Translations under genes and position numbers: made by a program
IMG/VR virus record: IMGVR_UViG_2617271072_000003
Source of the DNA: a virus
Lineage: Duplodnaviria > Heunggongvirae > Uroviricota > Caudoviricetes
DNA length: 27,571 nucleotides
Direction: 5' to 3' (one strand)
Notes under the pieces: model-generated
The model's database searches: none
What the model was told of the DNA's origin: nothing
The model's input: the letters and a program-made list of their open reading frames with translations, nothing else
Shown: one piece after another, positions 11,342-21,799 of the stretch
Layout of the letters: each line of letters begins with the position of its first letter
Numbering within the stretch: position 1 is the stretch's first letter

Positions 11342-12641
11342 TCTCCCGCATATTGCCAGCATGGCTTTTAATGAGCCGCTGATGCTTGAACCCGCCTATG
11401 CGCGGGTTTTCTTTTGTGCGCTTGCAGGCCAGCTTGGGATCAGTCGCCTGACGGATGCAGTATCCGGCGACAGCCTGACTGCCGGAGAGGCACCCGCGGC
11501 GCTGGCGTTATCCGGTGATGATGACGGACCACGACAGGCCCGCAGTTATCAGGTCATGAACGGCATCGCCGTGCTGCCGGTGTCCGGTACGCTGGTCAGC
11601 CGGACGCGGGCGCTGCAGCCGTATTCGGGAATGACCGGTTACAACGGCATTATCGCCCGTCTGCAACAGGCTGCCAGCGATCCGATGGTGGACGGCATTC
11701 TGCTCGATATGGACACACCGGGCGGGATGGTGGCGGGAGCATTTGACTGTGCTGACATCATCGCCCGTGTGCGTGACATAAAGCCGGTATGGGCGCTGGC
11801 CAACGACATGAACTGCAGTGCAGGTCAGCTGCTTGCCAGCGCCGCCTCCCGGCGTCTGGTCACGCAGACCGCCCGGACAGGCTCCATCGGCGTCATGATG
11901 GCTCACAGTAATTACGGCGCTGCGCTGGAGAAACAGGGCGTGGAAATCACGCTGATTTACAGCGGCAGCCATAAGGTGGATGGCAACCCCTACAGCCATC
12001 TACCGGGTGATGTCCGGGAGACACTGCAGTCCCGGATGGATGCAACCCGCCGGATGTTTGCGCAGAAGGTGTCGGCATATACCGGCCTGTCCGTGCAGGC
12101 TGTGCTGGATACCGAGGCTGCAGTGTACAGCGGTCAGGAGGCCATTGATGCCGGACTGGCTGATGAACTTGTCAACAGCACCGATGCGATCACCGTTATG
12201 CGTGATGCACTGGATGCACGTAAATCCCGTCTCTCAGGAGGGCGAATGACCAAAGAGACTCAATCAACAACTGTTTCAGCCACTGCTTCGCAGGCTGACG
12301 TTACTGACGTGGTGCAAGCGACGGAGGGCGAAAACGCCAGCGCGGCGCAGCCGGACGTGAACGCGCAGATCACCGCTGCGGTTGCGGCAGAAAACAGCCG
12401 CATTATGGGGATCCTCAACTGTGAGGAGGCTCACGGACGCGAAGAACAGGCACGTGTGCTGGCCGAAACCCCCGGTATGACCGTGGAAACGGCCCGCCGC
12501 ATTCTGGCAGCTGCACCACAGAGTGCACAGGCGCGCAGTGACACTGCGCTGGATCGTCTGATGCAGGGGGCACCGGCACCACTGGCTGCAGGTAACCCGG
12601 CATCTGATGCCGTTAACGATTTGCTGAACACACCAGTGTAA
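11322..12641 (+). CDS. C: capsid assembly protease gpC
   Basis: GTG start at 11322 (VTAELRNLPHIASMAF...), 439 aa; ORF track's 11187 start is an upstream extension overlapping B. Confidence 0.93.
12036..12641 (+). CDS. nu3: scaffolding protein Nu3 (in-frame internal start within C)
   Basis: Internal ATG at 12036 (MDATRRMFAQKVSAYTGLSVQ...) in the C frame, as in lambda. Confidence 0.6.
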   Translation: MDATRRMFAQKVSAYTGLSVQAVLDTEAAVYSGQEAIDAGLADELVNSTDAITVMRDALDARKSRLSGGRMTKETQSTTVSATASQADVTDVVQATEGENASAAQPDVNAQITAAVAAENSRIMGILNCEEAHGREEQARVLAETPGMTVETARRILAAAPQSAQARSDTALDRLMQGAPAPLAAGNPASDAVNDLLNTPV

Positions 12642-12650
12642 GGGATGTTT

Positions 12651-12983
12651 ATGACGAGCAAAGAAACCTTTACCCATTACCAGCCGCTGGGCAACAGTGA
12701 CCCGGCACATACGGCAACCGCGCCCGGCGGATTGAGTGCGAAAGCGCCTGCAATGACCCCGCTGATGCCGGATACCTCCACCCGTAAGCTGGTTGCGTGG
12801 GATGGCACCACCGACGGTACTGCCGTTGGCATTCTGGCGGTTGATGCTGACCAGACCAGCACCACGCTGACGTTCTACAAGTCCGGCACGTTCCGTTATG
12901 AGGATGTGCTCTGGCCGGAGGCTGCCAGCGACGAGACGAAAAAACGGACCGCGTTTGCCGGAACGGCAATCAGCATCGTTTAA
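12651..12983 (+). CDS. D: head decoration protein gpD
   Basis: 110 aa from ATG 12651 ([12 protein letters not shown]...); matches lambda D. Confidence 0.95.
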   Translation: MTSKETFTHYQPLGNSDPAHTATAPGGLSAKAPAMTPLMPDTSTRKLVAWDGTTDGTAVGILAVDADQTSTTLTFYKSGTFRYEDVLWPEAASDETKKRTAFAGTAISIV

Positions 12984-13004
12984 CCTTACCCTTCATCACT
13001 AAAG

Positions 13005-13025
13005 GCCGCCTGTGCGGCTTTTTTT
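13005..13025 (+). terminator. hairpin plus T-run between D and E
   Basis: gccgc (13005-13009) / loop ctgt / gcggc (13014-13018) followed by T7 (13019-13025). Confidence 0.4.
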
Positions 13026-13037
13026 ACGGGATTTTTT

Positions 13038-14063
13038 ATGTCGATGTACACAACCGCCCAGCTGCTGGCGGCAAATGAGCAGAAATTTAAGTTTGATCCG
13101 CTGTTTCTGCGTCTCTTTTTCCGTGAGAGCTATCCCTTCACCACGGAGAAAGTCTATCTCTCACAAATTCCGGGACTGGTAAACATGGCGCTGTACGTTT
13201 CGCCGATTGTTTCCGGTGAGGTTATCCGTTCCCGTGGCGGCTCCACCTCTGAATTTACGCCGGGATATGTCAAACCCAAGCATGAGGTGAATCCGCAGAT
13301 GACCCTGCGTCGCCTGCCGGATGAAGATCCGCAGAATCTGGCGGACCCGGCTTACCGCCGCCGTCGCATCATCATGCAGAACATGCGAGACGAAGAGCTG
13401 GCCATTGCTCAGGTCGAAGAGATGCAGGCAGTTTCTGCTGTGCTTAAGGGCAAATACACCATGACCGGTGAAGCCTTCGATCCGGTTGAGGTGGATATGG
13501 GCCGCAGTGCGGCGAACAACATCACACAGTCCGGTGGTACGGAGTGGAGCAAGCGTGACAAGTCCACGTATGACCCGACCGACGATATCGAAGCCTATGC
13601 GCTGAACGCCAGCGGCGTGGTGAATATCATCGTGTTTGATCCGAAAGGCTGGGCGCTGTTCCGTTCCTTCAAAGCCGTCAAGGAGAAGCTGGATACCCGT
13701 CGCGGCTCTCATTCCGAGCTGGAGACAGCGGTAAAAGACCTGGGCGAAGCGGTGTCCTATAAGGGGATGTATGGCGATACGGCGATCGTCGTGTATTCCG
13801 GACAGTACGTGGAAAACGACGTCAAAAAGAACTTCCTGCCGGACAACACGATGGTGCTGGGGAACACTCAGGCACGCGGTCTGCGCACCTATGGCTGCAT
13901 TCAGGATGCGGACGCACAGCGCGAAGGTATTAACGCCTCTGCCCGCTACCCGAAAAACTGGGTGACCACCGGCGATCCGGCGCGTGAGTTCACCATGATT
14001 CAGTCAGCACCGCTGATGCTGCTGGCTGATCCTGATGCGTTCGTGTCCGTACAACTGGCGTAA
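13038..14063 (+). CDS. E: major capsid protein gpE
   Basis: 341-aa ORF; MSMYTTAQLLAANEQKFKFDPLFLRLFF... matches lambda E. Confidence 0.97.
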   Translation: MSMYTTAQLLAANEQKFKFDPLFLRLFFRESYPFTTEKVYLSQIPGLVNMALYVSPIVSGEVIRSRGGSTSEFTPGYVKPKHEVNPQMTLRRLPDEDPQNLADPAYRRRRIIMQNMRDEELAIAQVEEMQAVSAVLKGKYTMTGEAFDPVEVDMGRSAANNITQSGGTEWSKRDKSTYDPTDDIEAYALNASGVVNIIVFDPKGWALFRSFKAVKEKLDTRRGSHSELETAVKDLGEAVSYKGMYGDTAIVVYSGQYVENDVKKNFLPDNTMVLGNTQARGLRTYGCIQDADAQREGINASARYPKNWVTTGDPAREFTMIQSAPLMLLADPDAFVSVQLA

Positions 14064-14104
14064 TCATGGCCCTTCGGGGCCATTTTCTCTCTGTGGAGGA
14101 GTCC

Positions 14105-14500
14105 ATGACGAAAGATGAACTGATTGCCCGTCTTCAGGTGCTGGGTGAGCAACTGAACCGTGATGTCAGCCTGACGGGGACGAAAGAAGAACTGGTGCTC
14201 CGTGTGGCAGAGCTGGAAGAGGAGCTTGATGACACGGATGACGCTGCCGGTCAGGACACATCTGTCAGCCCGGAAAATGCGCTGACCGGACATGAAAATG
14301 AGGTGGTATCAGCGCAGCCGGATACCGTGATTGATACGGCTGCTCTGGTCACGGTCGTGGCACTGGTGACGCTGCATACTGATGCACTTCACGCCACGCG
14401 GGATGAGCCTGTGGCATTTGTGCTGCCGGGAACGGCGTTTCGTGTCTCTGCCGGTGTGGCAGCCGAAATGACAGAACATGGCCTGGCCAGAATGCAATAA
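14105..14500 (+). CDS. FI: DNA packaging protein gpFI
   Basis: ATG 14105 (MTKDELIARL...) within ORF 14066..14500; lambda FI-like. Confidence 0.88.
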   Translation: MTKDELIARLQVLGEQLNRDVSLTGTKEELVLRVAELEEELDDTDDAAGQDTSVSPENALTGHENEVVSAQPDTVIDTAALVTVVALVTLHTDALHATRDEPVAFVLPGTAFRVSAGVAAEMTEHGLARMQ

Positions 14501-14511
14501 CGGGAGGCGCT

Positions 14512-14865
14512 GTGGCTGATTCCGATAACCTGTTCGATGCTGCCATTGCCCGCGCCGATGAAACGATACGCGGGTACATGGGAACGTCAGCCACCATGAC
14601 ATCCGGTGAGCTGTCCGGTGCTGTGATACGTGGTGTTTTTGATGACCCTGAAAATATCAGCTATGCCGGACAGGGGGTGCGCGTTGAAGGCTCCAGCCCG
14701 TCCCTGTTTGTCCGGACTGATGATGTGCGGCAGCTGCGGCGTGGAGACACACTGACCATCGGCGAGGAAAACTTCTGGGTGGACCGGATTTCGCCGGATG
14801 ATGGCGGAAGCTGTCATCTCTGGCTTGGGCGGGGCGTACCGCCTGCCGTTAACCGTCGCCGCTGA
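14512..14865 (+). CDS. FII: head completion protein gpFII
   Basis: 117-aa ORF; MADSDNLFDAAIARADETIRGYMG... matches lambda FII. Confidence 0.95.
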   Translation: MADSDNLFDAAIARADETIRGYMGTSATMTSGELSGAVIRGVFDDPENISYAGQGVRVEGSSPSLFVRTDDVRQLRRGDTLTIGEENFWVDRISPDDGGSCHLWLGRGVPPAVNRRR

Positions 14866-14876
14866 AGGGGGGATGT

Positions 14877-15457
14877 ATGGCCATAAAAGGTCTTGAGCAG
14901 GCCGTTGAAAACCTCAGTCGTATCAGCAAAACGGCGGTGCCCGGTGCGTCAGCAATGGCCATTAACCGCGTTGCGTCATCCGCGATATCGCAGTCTGCGT
15001 CACAAGGTTGCCCGTGAGACAAGGGTACGCCGGAAACTGGTAAAGGAAAGGGCCAGGCTGAAAAGGGCCACGGTTAAAAATCCGCAGGCCAGAATCAGGG
15101 TTAACCGGGGGGATTTGCCCGTAATCAAGCTGGGTAACGCGCGGGTTGTCCTGTCCCGACGCAGGCGTCGTAAAAAGGGGCAGCGTTCATCCCTGAAAGG
15201 TGGCGGCAGCGTGCTTGTGGTGGGAAACCGTCGTATTCCCGGCGCGTTTTATTCAGCAACTGAAAAATGGCCGCTGGCATGTCATGCAGCGTGTGGCCGG
15301 GAAAAACCGTTACCCCATTGATGTGGTGAAAATCCCGATGGCGGTGCCGCTGACCACGGCGTTTAAACAGAATATTGAGCGGATACGGCGTGAGCGTCTT
15401 CCGAAAGAGCTGGGCTATGCGCTGCAGCATCAACTGAGGATGGTAATAAAGCGATGA
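14877..15457 (+). pseudogene. Z: tail completion protein gpZ, frame interrupted twice
   Basis: ATG 14877 MAIKGLEQAVENLSRISK...SQSASQ then stop at 15015-15017; middle of gpZ in ORF 14893..15321; C-terminus (FIQQLKNGRWHVMQ...MVIKR) in ORF 15200..15457. Shift points near 15004-15005 and the T4 run 15247-15250. Confidence 0.85.
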
Positions 15458-15852
15458 AACATACTGAACTCCGTGCAGCCGTACTGGATGCACTGGAGAA
15501 GCATGACACCGGGGCGACGTTTTTTTTGATGGTCCGCCCCGCTGTTTTTGATGAGGCGGATTTTCCGGCAGTTGCCGTTTATCTCACCGGCGCTGAATAC
15601 ACGGGCGAAGAGCTGGACAGCGATACCTGGCAGGCGGAGCTGCATATCGAAGTTTTCCTGCCTGCTCAGGTGCCGGATTCAGAGCTGGATGCGTGGATGG
15701 AGTCCCGGATTTATCCGGTGATGAGCGATATCCCGGCACCGTCAGATTTGATCACCAGTATGGTGGCCAGTGGCTATGACTACCGGCGCGACGATGATGC
15801 GGGCCTGTGGAGTTCTGCCGATCTGACTTATGTCATTACCTATGAAATGTGA
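15454..15852 (+). CDS. U: tail terminator protein gpU
   Basis: 132-aa ORF overlapping the Z stop; lambda U-like; contains a T8 run at 15520-15527. Confidence 0.9.
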   Translation: MKHTELRAAVLDALEKHDTGATFFLMVRPAVFDEADFPAVAVYLTGAEYTGEELDSDTWQAELHIEVFLPAQVPDSELDAWMESRIYPVMSDIPAPSDLITSMVASGYDYRRDDDAGLWSSADLTYVITYEM

Positions 15853-15859
15853 GGACGAT

Positions 15860-16600
15860 ATGCCTGTACCAAATCCAGCAATACCGGTGAAAGGTGCCGG
15901 AACCACCCTGTGGGTTTATAACGGGAGCGGCGACCCTTATGCGAACCCGCTTTCAGACGTTGACTGGTCGCGTCTGGCTAAAGTTAAAGACCTGACGCCC
16001 GGCGAACTGACCGCTGAGTCCTATGACGACAGTTATCTCGATGATGAAGATGCGGACTGGACCGCGACCGGGCAGGGGCAGAAATCTGCCGGAGATACCA
16101 GCTTCACGCTGGCGTGGATGCCCGGAGAGCAGGGGCAGCAGGCGCTGCTGGCGTGGTTTAATGAAGGGGATACCCGTGCCTATAAAATCCGCTTCCCGAA
16201 CGGCACGGTCGATGTGTTCCGTGGCTGGGTCAGCAGTATCGGTAAGGCGGTGACGGCGAAGGAAGTGATCACCCGTACGGTGAAGGTCACCAATGTGGGC
16301 CGTCCGTCAATGGCAGAAGATCGCAGTACGGTGACGGCGGCAACCGGCATGACCGTGACGCCTGCCAGCACTTCGGTGGTGAAAGGGCAGAGCACCACGC
16401 TGACCGTGGCATTCCAGCCGGAAGGCGCAACCGACAAGAGCTTCCGTGCGGTGTCTGCGGATAAAACAAAAGCCACCGTGTCGGTCAGTGGTATGACCAT
16501 CACCGTGAAAGGTGTTGCTGCAGGCAAGGTCAACATTCCGGTTGTATCCGGTAATGGTGAACTTGCTGTGGTTGCAGAAATCACCGTCACCGACAGTTAA
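15860..16600 (+). CDS. V: major tail tube protein gpV
   Basis: ATG 15860 ([20 protein letters not shown]...) with GAGGA upstream; C-terminal Ig-like region; lambda V-like. Confidence 0.95.
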   Translation: MPVPNPAIPVKGAGTTLWVYNGSGDPYANPLSDVDWSRLAKVKDLTPGELTAESYDDSYLDDEDADWTATGQGQKSAGDTSFTLAWMPGEQGQQALLAWFNEGDTRAYKIRFPNGTVDVFRGWVSSIGKAVTAKEVITRTVKVTNVGRPSMAEDRSTVTAATGMTVTPASTSVVKGQSTTLTVAFQPEGATDKSFRAVSADKTKATVSVSGMTITVKGVAAGKVNIPVVSGNGELAVVAEITVTDS

Positions 16601-16615
16601 TCCGGAGAGTCAGCG

Positions 16616-17038
16616 ATGTTCCTGAAAACCGAATCATTTGAATATAACGGTGTGAGCGTCACGCTTTCTGAACTGTCAGCCCTGCAGCGAATTGAGCATC
16701 TCGCCCTGCTGAAACGACAGGCAGAACAGGCGGGATCCAGTCTCAATCGACAGGTGAGCGTGGAAGATCTCGTCAGAACCGGTGCTTTTCTGGTGGCGAT
16801 GTCCCTGTGGCATAGCCATCCGCAGAAGACAAAGATGCCGTCCATGAATGAAGCCGTTAAACAAATTGAGCAGGAAGTGCTTACCACCTGGCCCACAGAG
16901 GCAATTTCTCATGCTGAAAACGTGGTGTACCGGCTGTCCGGTATGTATGAGTTTGTGGTGAATGATGCTCCTGAACAGACAGAGGACGCCGGGCCTGCAG
17001 AGCCTGTTTCTGCGGGAAAGTGTTCGATGGTGAGCTGA
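16616..17038 (+). CDS. G: tail assembly chaperone gpG
   Basis: 140-aa ORF; lambda G-like; contains the slippery heptamer near its 3' end. Confidence 0.95.
   Translation: MFLKTESFEYNGVSVTLSELSALQRIEHLALLKRQAEQAGSSLNRQVSVEDLVRTGAFLVAMSLWHSHPQKTKMPSMNEAVKQIEQEVLTTWPTEAISHAENVVYRLSGMYEFVVNDAPEQTEDAGPAEPVSAGKCSMVS
17014..17020 (+). other. programmed -1 ribosomal frameshift site G GGA AAG (G to G-T fusion)
   Basis: GGGAAAG at 17014-17020 in the G frame; the -1 frame continues into the T ORF (17020..17454). Confidence 0.85.
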
Positions 17039-17454
17039 GTTTTGCCCTGAAACTGGCGCGAGAGATGGGGCGACCCGACTGGCGTGCCATGCTTGCCGGG
17101 ATGTCATCCACGGAGTATGCCGACTGGCACCGCTTTTACAGTACCCATTATTTTCATGATGTTCTGCTGGATATGCACTTTTCCGGGCTGACGTACACCG
17201 TGCTCAGCCTGTTTTTCAGCGATCCGGATATGCATCCGCTGGATTTCAGTCTGCTGAACCGGCGTGAGGCTGACGAAGAGCCTGAAGATGATGTGCTGAT
17301 GCAGAAAGCGGCAGGGCTTGCCGGAGGCGTCCGCTTTGGCCCGGACGGGAATGAAGTTATCCCCGCTTCCCCGGATGTGGCGGACATGACGGAGGATGAC
17401 GTAATGCTGATGACAGTATCAGAAGGGATCGCAGGAGGAGTCCGGTATGGCTGA
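17020..17454 (+). CDS. T: tail assembly protein T (expressed as G-T fusion via -1 frameshift)
   Basis: Open frame 17020..17454 with no independent RBS or ATG, overlapping the 3' end of G; lambda T-like. Confidence 0.88.
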   Translation: MFDGELSFALKLAREMGRPDWRAMLAGMSSTEYADWHRFYSTHYFHDVLLDMHFSGLTYTVLSLFFSDPDMHPLDFSLLNRREADEEPEDDVLMQKAAGLAGGVRFGPDGNEVIPASPDVADMTEDDVMLMTVSEGIAGGVRYG

Positions 17455-20026
17455 ACCGGTAGGCGATCTGGTCGTTGATTTAAGTCTGGATGCGGCCAGA
17501 TTTGACGAGCAGATGGCCAGAGTCAGGCGTCATTTTTCCGGTACGGAAACTGATGCGAAAAAAACAGCGGCAGTCGTTGAACAGTCGCTGAGCCGACAGG
17601 CGCTGGCTGCACAGAAAGCGGGGATTTCCGTCGGGCAGTATAAAGCCGCCATGCGTATGCTGCCTGCACAGTTCACCGACGTGGCCACGCAGCTTGCAGG
17701 CGGGCAAAGCCCGTGGCTGATCCTGCTGCAACAGGGGGGTCAGGTTAAGGACTCCTTCGGCGGGATGATCCCCATGTTCAGGGGGCTTGCCGGTGCGATC
17801 ACCCTGCCGATGGTGGGGGCCACCTCGCTGGCGGTGGCGACCGGTGCGCTGGCGTATGCCTGGTATCAGGGCAACTCAACCCTGTCCGATTTCAACAAAA
17901 CGCTGGTCCTTTCCGGCAATCAGGCGGGACTGACGGCAGATCGTATGCTGGTCCTGTCCAGAGCCGGGCAGGCGGCAGGGCTGACGTTTAACCAGACCAG
18001 CGAGTCACTGACGGCGCTGGTGAATGCCGGTGTGCGTGGTGGTGAGCAGTTTGAGGCGATCAGCCAGAGTGTGGCGCGTTTCTCCTCTGCATCCGGCGTG
18101 GAGGTGGACAAGGTCGCTGAAGCCTTCGGGAAGCTGACCACAGACCCGACGTCGGGACTGACAGCGATGGCACGTCAGTTCCATAACGTGACGGCGGAGC
18201 AGATTGCGTATGTTGCTCAGTTGCAGCGTTCCGGAGATGAAGCCGGGGCATTGCAGGCGGCGAACGAGGCCGCAACGAAAGGGTTTGATGACCAGACCCG
18301 CCGCCTGAAAGAGAACATGGGCACGCTGGAGACCTGGGCAGACAGGACAGCACGGGCATTCAAATCCATGTGGGATTCGGTGCTGGATATTGGTCGCCCG
18401 GACACTGCCCAGGTAATGCTGGAGAAAGCAGAAAAGGCTTTTGATGAGGCGGACAAAAAATGGCAGTGGTATCAGAGCCGGAGCCACCGGCGCGGTAAAA
18501 CCTCAGCATTTCTTGCCAATCTCCGGGGAGCATGGGAGGACAGAGCGAATGCGCAACTTGGGCTTTCAGCCGCCACGTTGCAGGCCGATCTTGAAAAGGC
18601 CAGAGAGATGGCAGCAAAGGACTGGGCCGAGTCTGAGGCATCACGGCTGAAATATACCGAAGAGGCGCAGAAGGCTTACGAACGGCTGCAGACGCCGCTG
18701 GAGAAATATACCGCCCGTCAGGAAGAACTGAACAAGGCACTGAAAGACGGGAAAATCCTGCAGGCGGATTACAACACGCTGATGGCGGCGGCGAAAAAGG
18801 ATTATGAAGCGACGCTGAAAAAGCCGAAACAGTCCGGCGTGAAGGTGTCTGCGGGCGATCGTCAGGAAGACAGTGCTCATGCTGCCCTGCTGATGCTTCA
18901 GACAGAACTCCGGACGCTGGAGAAGCATGCCGGAGCGAATGAGAAAATCAGCCAGCAGCGCCGGGATTTGTGGAAGGCAGAAAGTCAGTTCGCGGTACTG
19001 GAGGAGGCGGCGCAACGTCGTCAGTTGTCTGCACAGGAGAAATCCCTGCTGGCGCATAAAGATGAGACGCTGGAGTACAAACGCCAGCTGGCTGCACTTG
19101 GCGACAAGGTTACGTATCAGGAGCGCCTGAACGCGCTGGCGCAGCAGGCGGATAAATTCGCACAGCAGCAACGGGCAAAACGGGCCGCCATTGATGCGAA
19201 AAGCCGGGGGCTGACTGACCGGCAGGCAGAACGGGAAGCCACGGAACAGCGCCTGAAGGAACAGTATGGCGATAATCCGCTGGCGCTGAATAACGTCATG
19301 TCAGAGCAGAAAAAAGACCTGGGCGGCTGAAGACCAGCTTCGCGGGAGCTGGATGGCAGGCCTGAAGTCCGGCTGGAGTGAGTGGGAAGAGAGCGCCACG
19401 GACAGTATGTCGCAGGTTAAAAGTGCAGCCACGCAGACCTTTGATGGTATTGCACAGAATATGGCGGCGATGCTGACCGGCAGTGAGCAGAACTGGCGCA
19501 GCTTCACCCGTTCCGTGCTGTCCATGATGACAGAAATTCTGCTTAAGCAGGCAATGGTGGGGATTGTCGGGAGTATCGGCAGCGCCATTGGCGGTGCTGC
19601 CAGTGGTGGAGCATCCGCGTCAGGCGGTACAGCCATTCAGGCCGCTGCGGCGAAATTCCATTTTGCGACCGGGGGATTTACGGGAACCGGCGGCAAATAT
19701 GAGCCAGCGGGGATTGTTCACCGTGGTGAATTTGTCTTCACGAAGGAGGCAACCAGCCGGATTGGTGTCGGCAACCTGTACCGCCTGATGAGGGGCTATG
19801 CGGAAGGTGGTTATGTGGCGGTGCCGGAAGTCCGGCGCAGATGCGGCGGGCTGAAGGCATTAATTTTAATCAGAACAATCACGTGGTGATTCAGAACGAC
19901 GGTACGAATGGTCTGCCAGGTCCACAGATGATGAAGGCAGTGTATGACATGGCCCGCAAGGGTGCCCGTGATGAAATTCAGACACAGATGCGTGATGGTG
20001 GCCTGTTCTCCGGAGGTGGACGATGA
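17447..20026 (+). pseudogene. H: tail tape-measure protein gpH, frame interrupted twice
   Basis: ORF 17447..19330 (627 aa, MAEPVGDLVVDLSLDAARF...) stops at 19328-19330; gpH continues in frame 0 (ORF 19353..19889) and returns to the original frame in ORF 19841..20026 (...MRDGGLFSGGGR). The two shifts compensate over 2580 nt, but stop codons intervene. Confidence 0.85.
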
Positions 20027-20352
20027 AAACCTTCCGCTGGAAAGTGAAACCCGGTATGGATGTGGCTTCGGCCCCTTCTGTAAGAAAGGTGCGCTTTGGT
20101 GATGGCTATTCCCAGCGAGCGCCTGCCGGGCTGAATGCCAACCTGAAAACGTACAGCGTGACGCTTTCTGTCCCCCGTGAGGAGGCCACGGTACTGGAGT
20201 CGTTTCTGGAAGAGCACGGGGGCTGGAAAGCCTTTCTGTGGACGCCGCCTTATGAGTGGCGGCAGATAAAGGTGACCTGCGCAAAATGGTCGTCGCGGGT
20301 CAGTATGCTGCGTGTTGAGTTCAGCGCAGAGTTTGAACAGGTGGTGAACTGA
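20023..20352 (+). CDS. M: tail tip protein gpM
   Basis: 109-aa ORF; MKTFRWKVKPGMDVAS... matches lambda M. Confidence 0.95.
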   Translation: MKTFRWKVKPGMDVASAPSVRKVRFGDGYSQRAPAGLNANLKTYSVTLSVPREEATVLESFLEEHGGWKAFLWTPPYEWRQIKVTCAKWSSRVSMLRVEFSAEFEQVVN

Positions 20353-21050
20353 TGCAGGATATCCGGCAGGAAACACTGAATGAATGCACCCGTGCGGAGC
20401 AGTCGGCCAGCGTGGTGCTCTGGGAAATCGACCTGACAGAGGTCGGTGGAGAACGTTATTTTTTCTGTAATGAGCAGAACGAAAAAGGTGAGCCGGTCAC
20501 CTGGCAGGGGCGACAGTATCAGCCGTATCCCATTCAGGGGAGCGGTTTTGAACTGAATGGCAAAGGCACCAGTATGCGCCCCACGCTGACGGTTTCTAAC
20601 CTGTACGGTATGGTCACCGGGATGGCGGAAGATATGCAGAGTCTGGTCGGCGGAACGGTGGTCCGGCGTAAGGTTTACGCCCGTTTTCTGGATGCGGTGA
20701 ACTTCGTCAACGGAAACAGTTACGCCGATCCGGAGCAGGAGGTGATCAGCCGCTGGCGCATTGAGCAGTGCAGCGAACTGAGCGCGGTGAGTGCCTCCTT
20801 TGTACTGTCCACGCCGACGGAAACGGATGGCGCTGTTTTTCCGGGACGTATCATGCTGGCCAACACCTGCACCTGGACCTATCGCGGTGACGAGTGCGGT
20901 TATAGCGGTCCGGCTGTCGCGGATGAATATGACCAGCCAACGTCCGATATCACGAAGGATAAATGCAGCAAATGCCTGAGCGGTTGTAAGTTCCGCAATA
21001 ACGTCGGCAACTTTGGCGGCTTCCTTTCCATTAACAAACTTTCGCAGTAA
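20352..21050 (+). CDS. L: tail tip protein gpL
   Basis: 232-aa ORF; lambda L-like with Cys-rich C-terminus. Confidence 0.95.
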   Translation: MQDIRQETLNECTRAEQSASVVLWEIDLTEVGGERYFFCNEQNEKGEPVTWQGRQYQPYPIQGSGFELNGKGTSMRPTLTVSNLYGMVTGMAEDMQSLVGGTVVRRKVYARFLDAVNFVNGNSYADPEQEVISRWRIEQCSELSAVSASFVLSTPTETDGAVFPGRIMLANTCTWTYRGDECGYSGPAVADEYDQPTSDITKDKCSKCLSGCKFRNNVGNFGGFLSINKLSQ

Positions 21051-21055
21051 ATCCC

Positions 21056-21799
21056 ATGACACAGACAGAATCAGCGATTCTGGCGCACGCCCGGCGATGT
21101 GCGCCAGCGGAGTCGTGCGGCTTCGTGGTAAGCACGCCGGAGGGGGAAAGATATTTTCCCTGCGTGAATATCTCCGGTGAGCCGGAGGCGTATTTCCGTA
21201 TGTCGCCGGAAGACTGGCTGCAGGCAGAAATGCAGGGTGAGATTGTGGCGCTGGTCCACAGCCACCCCGGTGGTCTGCCCTGGCTGAGTGAGGCCGACCG
21301 GCGGCTGCAGGTGCAGAGTGATTTGCCGTGGTGGCTGGTCTGCCGGGGGACGATTCATAAGTTCCGCTGTGTGCCGCATCTCACCGGGCGGCGCTTTGAG
21401 CACGGTGTGACGGACTGTTACACACTGTTCCGGGATGCTTATCATCTGGCGGGGATTGAGATGCCGGACTTTTATCGTGAGGATGACTGGTGGCGTAACG
21501 GCCAGAATCTCTATCTGGATAATCTGGAGGCGACGGGGCTGTATCAGGTGCCGTTGTCAGCGGCACAGCCGGGCGATGTGCTGCTGTGCTGTTTTGGTTC
21601 ATCAGTGCCGAATCACGCCGCAATTTACTGCGGCGACGGCGAGCTGCTGCACCATATTCCTGAACAACTGAGCAAACGAGAGAGGTACACCGACAAATGG
21701 CAGCGACGCACACACTCCCTCTGGCGTCACCGGGCATGGCGCGCATCTGCCTTTACGGGGATTTACAACGATTTGGTCGCCGCATCGACCTTCGTGTGA
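21056..21799 (+). CDS. K: tail tip assembly protein gpK (MPN/JAMM plus NlpC/P60-like)
   Basis: 247-aa ORF; JAMM-like HSHPGG...SEAD motif; the classical 199-aa lambda K start corresponds to internal Met49 (ATG 21200); 3' end overlaps I. Confidence 0.88.
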   Translation: MTQTESAILAHARRCAPAESCGFVVSTPEGERYFPCVNISGEPEAYFRMSPEDWLQAEMQGEIVALVHSHPGGLPWLSEADRRLQVQSDLPWWLVCRGTIHKFRCVPHLTGRRFEHGVTDCYTLFRDAYHLAGIEMPDFYREDDWWRNGQNLYLDNLEATGLYQVPLSAAQPGDVLLCCFGSSVPNHAAIYCGDGELLHHIPEQLSKRERYTDKWQRRTHSLWRHRAWRASAFTGIYNDLVAASTFV

